Source: Candidatus Thorarchaeota archaeon (GTDB lineage: Archaea > Asgardarchaeota > Thorarchaeia > Thorarchaeales > Thorarchaeaceae). From it: a DNA stretch of 15,889 nucleotides. The notes under the pieces were generated by a model. That model saw nothing but the letters and a program-made list of their open reading frames with translations. It did not search any database and was not told the DNA's origin. Position numbers and translations under genes: made by a program. Where the stretch lies: NCBI GenBank assembly GCA_003345595.1, contig PRDI01000018.1:1-15889 (forward strand), read 5' to 3'. This document shows, piece by piece, positions 7,886 to 15,713 of the stretch. Within the stretch, counting starts at the first letter, position 1; each line of letters begins with the position of its first letter.

Positions 7886-8932
7886 CTAGACCGACTTGGC
7901 GACATCCTCGACCGCCTGAGCCGCCCTGAACATATCTTCGCGGTTCACCATCCTGTGAGTTACGAACCGAATCCGAGTGCCGTATTCCCCATAGACAAGA
8001 ACTCCGCGCTTCTTCAGCTCCTCTGAGAACTTCATCGCATCGATATTCATTTTGTCCAGTCTGATGAAGAGGATATTAGTCTCCGGAGGTTCTTCTACGA
8101 CTACACTTGGGATTTTCGATAGTCTGTCGTAGAGCAATCGAGCATTGGAATGGTCTTCTTTCAAGCGTGTGACCATCTTCTCTAGAGCGATTATGCCCGG
8201 TGCGGCGATTATCCCTGCCTGCCTCATGCCTCCACCCATCCTCTTTCGGATCCTGTGCGCTTCATGGATGAATTCCTTCGTTCCGGCAACAATGGAGCCC
8301 ACGGGAGCCGAGAGTCCCTTGCTGAGACATACCATCACACTGTCGACGTCTTGCACGAGGTTTCTTGCAGGAATACCCAATGCTACAGCGGCATTGAAGA
8401 GGCGTGCACCGTCACAGTGAACCTTTAGTCCCTTTTCATGTGCAGCCTCTGCAAGTGCTGAAACCTGCTCAGGCCTAACCACAATCCCACCCGCATAGTT
8501 GTGCGTGTTCTCGACAACGACCATAGAAGTCCGAGCATAGTGAGGGTCATCCGAATTGATCGAATTGCGCAGGATCTCCGGAGTTATGTATCCCCTGACA
8601 CCTCTGACTGGCCGTGGGTACAGTCCTCCGAATGAGGCCATCGCTCCGCCCTCGAACACATAACAGTGAGACTGTTCGTCGACCACGATTTCATCTCCCC
8701 TTGTCGTCTGTGCAAAAAGTGAGGTAAGATTCCCTTGAGTTCCCGATGTTACGAGCAATGCCGCTTCCTTTCCTAGAATTCGCGCGGCTTTCTCCTGAAG
8801 CTCGTTGACAACCTCATCTTCACCCGAAACATCATCACCAAACCGACCAGCCTTGTGAGCGGCCACAATGGCGTCAATCATCTCATCGGTTGGCAGTGTG
8901 ACTGTGTCACTACGAAGGTCGATGGTCTTCAT
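7886..8932 (-). CDS. ltaE: Low-specificity L-threonine aldolase (PLP-dependent)
   Basis: IDLRSDTVT, GDDV, SGTQGN, ENTHN, HCDGARLFNA, CLSKGLSAPVGS (PLP lysine) and GGGMRQAG. Confidence 0.95.
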   Translation of the reverse strand: MKTIDLRSDTVTLPTDEMIDAIVAAHKAGRFGDDVSGEDEVVNELQEKAARILGKEAALLVTSGTQGNLTSLFAQTTRGDEIVVDEQSHCYVFEGGAMASFGGLYPRPVRGVRGYITPEILRNSINSDDPHYARTSMVVVENTHNYAGGIVVRPEQVSALAEAAHEKGLKVHCDGARLFNAAVALGIPARNLVQDVDSVMVCLSKGLSAPVGSIVAGTKEFIHEAHRIRKRMGGGMRQAGIIAAPGIIALEKMVTRLKEDHSNARLLYDRLSKIPSVVVEEPPETNILFIRLDKMNIDAMKFSEELKKRGVLVYGEYGTRIRFVTHRMVNREDMFRAAQAVEDVAKSV

Positions 8933-9052
8933 GGCTGACTAAGCGGCGGTACCCCCGATTTAGGCTTGTGGTTGGCACTGATTCAGCAATGCATAAAGGT
9001 GCTTCAAGTACGACAGCGTAGGCCCGCTCAACATGTTCAGAGGCCCACTCTC

Positions 9053-10348
9053 TTGGAAGAACAGGTCAGATTGAGCTACATAGAGAAGTTGCGTCTGTTC
9101 AAGAAGGACGCGAAGCTATACATCGCCTCAACTGCTTCTGGTGCCTTCTCTACCGGCATGAGCGCCGTCATCTTCAACTTGTACCTCACCGAGGCCGGAT
9201 TCATTGAGGATTTCATTGGTTTCTTCCTTTCAATCTCAATGTTCGCTACGGCAGGAGTAGCTTTCTTGGCGGGGATGGTGACTGACAGAAGTAGCAGAAA
9301 GACGATCATCCTCGGCGCGAATGTCATCACTTTTTTTGCACTCGCCGTTCAGTACACTGCGCTCGAGCCCGCCGGGCTTCTATGGTCGCAACTGTTTCTT
9401 GGACTATCGAGCGCGTTCACTCAGGTCGCATGGTTTCCATACATAACCGACCTGTCAACAAGCGAAGAGAGAGCTCACCTGTTCGCCTTCAGCAGCGGCG
9501 TTTCTCTGATTGCAGTGCTATTTGGCAATCTACTGGGTGGCTTCCTCCCTGGTTTGATTAAGGCAGTCCAAGGGGCGGGGACTGAACTTGTGGTGGCCTA
9601 CAGGTTCGCACTGTGGCTGAGTCTGATACCCCAGGCTGCCGCAATAATGATGATTCTCCCGATGAAGCACGACCGTACGCTGGGCACAAGGACTCACCTC
9701 GACCTGGGCAACGTGAAACACTGGAACTTCATTGGCAAGTATGCGACTACGGTCACTATTGTGGGTCTAGGGGCCGGCATGATTGTGGTCTTCTTCAACC
9801 TCTATTTCCAAGAGGTGTTCGAGGTCCCGCCTCATATGATAGGGGTCATATTTGGAATCAATACGGTTGTTCTTGCCTCAGGGAACTTCCTTGCACCGGC
9901 GATGGCCGACAGGATTGGCAAGGTGAGGACAGTTGTGTTCACGGAGGCGATGTCAATCCCGTTCCTGCTCATGCTCTCGTGGGTGCCCCGAGAGTATCTG
10001 TATCTCGCAGTGACTGCATACGTCACACGTAATGTATTGATGAATATGGCTGGCCCAGTTGCCAACGCGTTCTTCATGGAAGGGCTCACGAGGGAAGAGC
10101 GGGCCACTGCAGTGGGAATCGTGCGGACTGGAGATTCATTCGTCCGTGGTATTGCCGCGAATATAGGAGGTATGCTCTTGGCCGCAGGGCTGTACAGAGT
10201 ACCCTATTTGCTCGTTTCGGGGCTCTACGTGTTATCAGTTGTGCTCTTCTACTCCTTCTTCAAACAGAAAGAATCAGAAATGCGTGCTCTTCGTAAGGCC
10301 GAGGTCGTGCAGGAGGCCAAACCAGAAGAGTCAGAAGGCATCACTTGA
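9053..10348 (+). CDS. Major facilitator superfamily transporter
   Basis: About 12 hydrophobic segments; motif A-like GMVTDRSSRK and ADRIGK; duplicated EERA. Start uncertain: TTG at 9053 or 9071 is more plausible than 8966. Confidence 0.9.
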   Translation: MEEQVRLSYIEKLRLFKKDAKLYIASTASGAFSTGMSAVIFNLYLTEAGFIEDFIGFFLSISMFATAGVAFLAGMVTDRSSRKTIILGANVITFFALAVQYTALEPAGLLWSQLFLGLSSAFTQVAWFPYITDLSTSEERAHLFAFSSGVSLIAVLFGNLLGGFLPGLIKAVQGAGTELVVAYRFALWLSLIPQAAAIMMILPMKHDRTLGTRTHLDLGNVKHWNFIGKYATTVTIVGLGAGMIVVFFNLYFQEVFEVPPHMIGVIFGINTVVLASGNFLAPAMADRIGKVRTVVFTEAMSIPFLLMLSWVPREYLYLAVTAYVTRNVLMNMAGPVANAFFMEGLTREERATAVGIVRTGDSFVRGIAANIGGMLLAAGLYRVPYLLVSGLYVLSVVLFYSFFKQKESEMRALRKAEVVQEAKPEESEGIT

Positions 10349-11171
10349 AGTACATTGTTCGGGCCCGCTTCATGATTTCGTCATCTGCCGGGAAGATTAG
10401 GGGTATGGCCGTATATGAAGACGAGCAGGGATTGCCTTTCGCGACGTGAAACACGGCCCTTGGTCTAGTGGATTCCCGTTGATGATCAATCTCAACAACG
10501 TAGCTCGCGACTGTTGAAGGCTGACCTGCGCTAGTTGAGTGCTTGCAGACGCTTGCTTGGCCCTTCGACTCTCCATGATCCTTGAGAAGAGCGAAGACAC
10601 TCTTCATGTCTGAAACCCGTTTGATTAGTTCATAGCCTCTCTCTACTCTCTTGACTGAGTCGGCGTACGAGCCGGTTCCACCAGATGGTTCCGAGGCGGC
10701 GAGGCTTTCAGCTGTTTCCAGCATGATGTGGTGGCCGGTTCTCAGGACCTTTCGTTCGGACCACTCTACCGCTTGTTGGTTTCCTGCGATCTCTATGACA
10801 AGCATGCTGTCATTGTCAGCTAGGACGAGATTCCCCCATTGGTAGTTCCTTCCTTTCTTGAGATGGTCTAGAACCATGGTGAGCCCGTCCTCTGCGTCCT
10901 TGGCAAACATCAGAACTTGCTCAGTCAGTGTGTGATATGACGGGTCGCTCGTGCTACGGACGTGAGTGTCTGCGACTGTCAACCCGTGGCGGTTCACACC
11001 TATCCCGAGCCCAGTGAAGGCACCAGTGGACATGTCGACTCCTCGAATGCCAAAGCTGTCCACATCGTAGGAAACCTCATCCTTGCGTTGGCCTTCCACT
11101 GAGTCGCTGTTCTTGAAAAGAACTGTCTTCCTCAGGTCAGGAAATATGACCGCACCAGCAAAGCTCGACAT
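10341..11171 (-). CDS. Ntn-hydrolase-fold protein (C45 acyltransferase / C69 secernin-like), atypical active site
   Basis: LFKNSD, GVNRHGL, NLVLAD, VCKH...TVASYV and GNPC match C45/C69-like Ntn hydrolases. The N-terminus is MSS rather than MC. Convergent 8-nt overlap with the MFS gene. Confidence 0.7.
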   Translation of the reverse strand: MSSFAGAVIFPDLRKTVLFKNSDSVEGQRKDEVSYDVDSFGIRGVDMSTGAFTGLGIGVNRHGLTVADTHVRSTSDPSYHTLTEQVLMFAKDAEDGLTMVLDHLKKGRNYQWGNLVLADNDSMLVIEIAGNQQAVEWSERKVLRTGHHIMLETAESLAASEPSGGTGSYADSVKRVERGYELIKRVSDMKSVFALLKDHGESKGQASVCKHSTSAGQPSTVASYVVEIDHQRESTRPRAVFHVAKGNPCSSSYTAIPLIFPADDEIMKRARTMYFK

Positions 11172-11205
11172 AATGTCCGCCTAATACACTGCCGCGGTAG
11201 CCACA

Positions 11206-11216
11206 TGATATAAATC
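11206..11216. promoter_or_regulatory. TATA-like element between the divergent Ntn-hydrolase and birA genes
   Basis: GATATAAAT on +, reading ATTTATATC on -, about 36-44 nt upstream of the minus-strand ATG at 11171. Confidence 0.45.
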
Positions 11217-11280
11217 CTCGTTGGGTGAAGTGTGCTGTTGGGCGGGCAATACTGCTCGCCATCGCCGGGAGTACGTTTGT

Positions 11281-12060
11281 ATGCTGGACTCACAAGTCAT
11301 CCAGAGGGGTTTGAAGACCGTAGTCTTGAAGCCTGAACTGATTCTTGTAGACACAGTCGACTCAACCAACTCGATTGCAAAGGGTCTCATACGTCGTGGA
11401 GCAAGCGAAGGCCTCGTGGTTGTGGCCGAGAATCAGCTGAGTGGTCAGGGACGACAGAACCGTAGATGGCATTCGCCAGTGGGGGGTTTGTACATGTCCG
11501 TCACTCTCAGACCTAGATTGTCTCCTGAAAAGACCCCTCTATTTGGGCTGCTGTCCGCTTGCGCTGCCGCAGAGGCCGTGCGCGAGATGAGTGGGCTTCA
11601 GGCCCGCCTGAAGTGGCCCAATGACATCATGCTGGGCGAGAGGAAGGTCGGAGGCATACTAAGTGAGGTCGTTTCGGTTGGCGAGAGTATCTGCGGGATA
11701 GTGATAGGGATCGGCATCAATCAAAACACTCCTCCGAGCAGACTGCCTGACGAGATCAGGGAATCCGCGACAACGATGCTCGGTGAACTGGGCCGTGAAA
11801 CCTCGCGGGAGGAGCTCGCGTATCGTACAATCAATGCGATTGACCGAAGAGTCGCGAACGTTGAGAACTCGTCATCGTTCTCTCCAGTTCTGGACGAGTG
11901 GCTGAAGACGAACACGACAGTTGGAAGGCAAATCAGGGTGCATGAGGGCACAGATATGATTGAGGGCACTGCAGTCGGTGTTACTCCTCTGGGATCGCTG
12001 AGGGTAAAGACAGCGACCGGCGAAAAGGAACTGCCAATTGGTGATGTCCTTCATGTCTGA
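11281..12060 (+). CDS. birA: Biotin--[acetyl-CoA-carboxylase] ligase, group I (no HTH domain)
   Basis: DSTN, AENQLSGQGRQNRRWHSP, LKWPND, KVGGIL and GIGIN, with a C-terminal SH3-like segment. ATG at 11281 is the likelier start. Confidence 0.93.
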   Translation: MLDSQVIQRGLKTVVLKPELILVDTVDSTNSIAKGLIRRGASEGLVVVAENQLSGQGRQNRRWHSPVGGLYMSVTLRPRLSPEKTPLFGLLSACAAAEAVREMSGLQARLKWPNDIMLGERKVGGILSEVVSVGESICGIVIGIGINQNTPPSRLPDEIRESATTMLGELGRETSREELAYRTINAIDRRVANVENSSSFSPVLDEWLKTNTTVGRQIRVHEGTDMIEGTAVGVTPLGSLRVKTATGEKELPIGDVLHV

Positions 12061-12065
12061 ATAAG

Positions 12066-12944
12066 GTGGTAGTCTTGGGCTCTAGCACCATTCTGGTCGG
12101 GCCAGAACAGTTGGATGCGTTGCGCAGGTCACTCCTTCAAGGCAAAGATGCAGCATTACTGAAGCCCACCAACCGGTACGAGGACTTCCGAATCAGGTGC
12201 GGGGGAGGACTTGCTATTGGCTTCAAGACGGGCAAGATAGTCGTGAATAGTGAGGGCTGCAGAGCCGCTGTGGTGAAAGCCATTGCAGAGATTGGTGGTG
12301 AAGAGTCAGGGCATGACATCACAATAGGGTCTGATGAGGCAGGTAAGGGAGAATGGCTTGGTCCCATGGTCGTCGCGGCTGTCGCATTGACTCCTTCTCA
12401 ATCTATGACGTTGAGAGGCCTCGGTGTCATGGACAGCAAAGCATTGAAGCTGGCAAAGATTGCACAGCTGGCAGTCGAGATAGCCGCAGACTCAACCTCT
12501 GCGAGCACAGTGTTGATCTCCCCCAAGAAGTTCAATGAGAAGTTCGCAGAGATTCACAAAGAGGGAAAGAACCTGAATGACCTTCTAGCATGGGCCCATG
12601 CCAAGGTCATATCGGAAGTCTATCAGCACATTCAGCCTGACAAGCATGGTCTACGCGTCAGAGTGGTGATCGATGAATTCTCTAAGCTCAAGACCGAGAG
12701 AAGGTTAAACCGGGTTCTGGAGTTGAAGTCTATAGAACTGATTCAGAGACCACGTGCTGAAGATGACATTGCTGTGGCTTCTGCGAGCATACTTGCCAGA
12801 AACAGCAGAGAGGTCTGGATTGACAAGGAATCAGATCGGCTTGGCGTTGATCTCAGAGCCCTGAAAGCCGCTGAAGCTCTCAGCAGAGCTGACTGCAGTT
12901 CGTTCGCCAAGCTCAGCTACCTGAAGCGACCTGCTGATGTCTGA
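12066..12944 (+). CDS. rnhC: Ribonuclease HIII
   Basis: IGSDEAGKGE..GP.VVAAV, GVMDSK.L, N.LLAWAH, VIDEF and RAE....VASASILAR. Has an N-terminal extension of about 80 aa with F..K/TGK.V resembling the TBP-like domain of RNase HIII. Start is GTG 12066 or TTG 12075. Confidence 0.85.
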   Translation: MVVLGSSTILVGPEQLDALRRSLLQGKDAALLKPTNRYEDFRIRCGGGLAIGFKTGKIVVNSEGCRAAVVKAIAEIGGEESGHDITIGSDEAGKGEWLGPMVVAAVALTPSQSMTLRGLGVMDSKALKLAKIAQLAVEIAADSTSASTVLISPKKFNEKFAEIHKEGKNLNDLLAWAHAKVISEVYQHIQPDKHGLRVRVVIDEFSKLKTERRLNRVLELKSIELIQRPRAEDDIAVASASILARNSREVWIDKESDRLGVDLRALKAAEALSRADCSSFAKLSYLKRPADV

Positions 12945-12991
12945 AAAGGTGCCATGACCGTGCACACAAGAGGGAATTGATCTGCTATGGT

Positions 12992-13504
12992 TCACTTGTT
13001 CCAGTGGTAGACGAAGTCGCAACAGTCATTACCCTGCATAAGGGTCTTGGTTCTTTTGAGACCCACCTGAGGATGAATCGCCTTCGCAGACTCGAAATCG
13101 TGTTCGCAGAAACGGAGATATCCAATGTCGGTCGCCTTGAGTTGTTTGAAGACTCTGGCATAGATGCACTCCGTCACCGTGCATGCACACTTGTCGGAGG
13201 TTTCTTCAGTTATTGAAACCTCTTCCATGTTGCTGTCGTTCAGTTCCTCCACCCATCGCCTGACGAGCGCCTTTACGTCTTGGAAGTTCTTGATCGGCCT
13301 CTTCTCGGCCTTCACTAGATTCTTGACTGACTCGACGGAAACGCGCTCGGACCACCTACTGACTATTGTATCCGCCTTCTCCTTGCCCAGAACTCTCTCC
13401 ATTTCGCGGATGACAGCCACTTCCTTCTCGTGCATGTCCAGAAAGTGCTGAGCTACTGTCGTTTCGATTTTCGCGTCAAACCTGTCTATCGTATGTTTGC
13501 TCAT
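12992..13504 (-). CDS. L-2-amino-thiazoline-4-carboxylic acid hydrolase family protein
   Basis: VTECIYARVF, IGYLRFCEHDF and LKRTKTLMQGNDCCDFVY are the hallmark motifs of this family. Actual function unknown. Confidence 0.85.
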   Translation of the reverse strand: MSKHTIDRFDAKIETTVAQHFLDMHEKEVAVIREMERVLGKEKADTIVSRWSERVSVESVKNLVKAEKRPIKNFQDVKALVRRWVEELNDSNMEEVSITEETSDKCACTVTECIYARVFKQLKATDIGYLRFCEHDFESAKAIHPQVGLKRTKTLMQGNDCCDFVYHWNK

Positions 13505-13653
13505 CGCATATCCATCCGTCAGTCATCCGACAGGCGTCCCTTACGTTTTGAGTAATAGACGTGCCGATTTGCGTCGATAGACCCTACTTGGCGTCTGGCA
13601 TGTAGTAGTCAGTTCAGTGCCGGTATAGCGTTCTATGATGAAGTGCCACACAG

Positions 13654-15405
13654 CTACGGGGCGAGAACCTGCCGTGTCGTTGCTGTCTTCCCCCTATGTC
13701 TAGAGAGAAGGACTGCCAGAACTAGGGTTCCACCCGCAGCGACAGCGACTCCCGAAGCGACAAAGAGGCCTCCATCTGCTGACTGACTGTTGGCAGAAAT
13801 GATGAGTCGAGTGTACCCGGTGTAGTTGTTACCCAACCTAATCGTGTAATTGGTCACAGTCAGGTCAACAGGCAACTGGAAGCTGCCCTGCATCTGCGTC
13901 GTCGCATGTGGTGATGCCACAGACAGCAAGCAGAGACGTGTTCCATCCATCATGGCAACTTCTATCTCGTCGGAACTCCCAAGACGCGGGCTCAGGCACT
14001 CCACTCCCAAGCTGGCGGTAACCGTATCACCCTGATTTGTGCCGCCCGCGACAGACTTGGACACAATCGACAATCTTGGTGTCATCTCAAGGAGATAGTC
14101 AAAAACTGGCATGATGTCGGTCCAGAGGCTCTCGATAGACTCAGTCACAGGATCGAAATAGCCGAAGATGTCGTGCCACTCCTCTATGTAGTGCGTCGAG
14201 TTGTCAACAATGAGAGTGAATGCTTCATCCATGTCCACAGCTGTGTTGTGGTAGAGCTCGAACGTGATTGGCACCTTGGTTCCTCTGTCAGCGTACATCC
14301 AGTCCTCCCACATTCCACATCCTGTTTCAATCATCGGCTTCTGAGCACGTGTAAACGTGAGAAACGAGCTGGACCGGCCTTGATCACTGTAGAACGCCGG
14401 CGGGAGCATGCCGGCCAAGTCTTGAAGTACTGCATAGTACAGTGTTGGTTCGGTGTATGCGCCATACGATGTCAAGGGGAAGTATGTGGCATTGGTTCCC
14501 GAGTGCAGAGTGTAGCTGATGGCAAACCTGTGCTGCAGGGCAAAGTCACGAAACGCTTGCGTTTCTGGCTCTGAGAACGCATATGCTCCATGGTACACTT
14601 GGCTCCAGGGGTCAGAAGACGACCCGGGTTCGAGACCCCAAGACCTTGCGTAATTCCGGTTCAAGTCAACGAGGCCGATCTCGTCGCAATTGATGCGTCC
14701 ATCGTCATCATCGTCGATGCCCTCGAAGTAGGAGTAGAGGTATGTAAGTATGCTGCCCCCATCGCTCTTCGCATACACATCATAGGAGGAGATGACTCCA
14801 TCACCGTTGGCGTCATCTGCGGGGTCCTCATCGAGAAGCCCGTCACCATCATTGTCGTAGGGTCGAAGGTTCTTCCTGAGCCAGTAGTCATTGAGATTGA
14901 CCACTCTCTCAAGTGCATCCGGGTTCATAGAGGGGATGATGTAGATCTCCTCCGTGTCAACATACTGAGTGATCTCGTCATCAACGCCATAGCTGTTCAT
15001 CAACCGTAATGCGAATCTGAGAGCCATTTCAACCGTGATTTGCTCACGGCCGTGATGTTGTGCAAGAACTAGCGTCTTGGCCTTCTGTTCCTCATTCAGC
15101 TCGTTTGTTATTCGCAGGCACGTGATGTTGCGTCCCTCGTAGCTTTGACCAATCACCAGCGTTTCAACAAGACTCGGAACGAGCGTTTCGAAACGTTGAA
15201 TCTCCGCCTGCAGCTGCGATGGGGAGTGATATTGGTCCTCATACAGAAGTGAGAAGTCGGCCCAAGTACGATTGACACTTGGCGTTTCGATCAGAGCTAT
15301 GCTGAGGCCCAAGTTTCCAAATGCTGGAGTGGCTCCTTGGAACAAAGAAGCGAACAGGACTGCTAACATTAGTGTCAATGAAACTCTGTACTGATATTCT
15401 CTCAT
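13654..15405 (-). CDS. Membrane-anchored M14 zinc carboxypeptidase
   Basis: IGQSYEGR, HGRE (HxxE zinc ligands), NPD, RKN, VDLNRNY, FSEPET, LHSG and TFEL. N-terminal signal-like hydrophobic segment; C-terminal TM helix followed by basic residues. Start is ATG 15405 or GTG 15453. Confidence 0.9.
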   Translation of the reverse strand: MREYQYRVSLTLMLAVLFASLFQGATPAFGNLGLSIALIETPSVNRTWADFSLLYEDQYHSPSQLQAEIQRFETLVPSLVETLVIGQSYEGRNITCLRITNELNEEQKAKTLVLAQHHGREQITVEMALRFALRLMNSYGVDDEITQYVDTEEIYIIPSMNPDALERVVNLNDYWLRKNLRPYDNDGDGLLDEDPADDANGDGVISSYDVYAKSDGGSILTYLYSYFEGIDDDDDGRINCDEIGLVDLNRNYARSWGLEPGSSSDPWSQVYHGAYAFSEPETQAFRDFALQHRFAISYTLHSGTNATYFPLTSYGAYTEPTLYYAVLQDLAGMLPPAFYSDQGRSSSFLTFTRAQKPMIETGCGMWEDWMYADRGTKVPITFELYHNTAVDMDEAFTLIVDNSTHYIEEWHDIFGYFDPVTESIESLWTDIMPVFDYLLEMTPRLSIVSKSVAGGTNQGDTVTASLGVECLSPRLGSSDEIEVAMMDGTRLCLLSVASPHATTQMQGSFQLPVDLTVTNYTIRLGNNYTGYTRLIISANSQSADGGLFVASGVAVAAGGTLVLAVLLSRHRGKTATTRQVLAP

Positions 15406-15713
15406 TGCACTTCGCCTCGTGCCATCACTATCAGTCGGGTTCTCCGAATTCACTCTGGAACCGGTTGGAACACATAGTCGTCGATTCTAGACACAGAAAC
15501 TCGGGGGACCGTAATAATACGGTTACTGACGACGCAATCGGTCAGTCCGATGGGTACTGTCCGGAAGCCAATCAACGCCCCACTCGGCAAGCCGCAGTCG
15601 AGCTTTCACAAACAGGATGGTTTTCAGGTCCACATGATTTAATAGACATACAAATCACCACGTTGTTGATAGAGTCTCAGAAACGGGCTCTGAAGCATAA
15701 CGAGATGATAGGT

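Noticed and set aside
14700-14720. (TCA/TCG)n microsatellite-like run
   Set aside because: It encodes the poly-Asp loop of the carboxypeptidase insert and is not an independent repeat.
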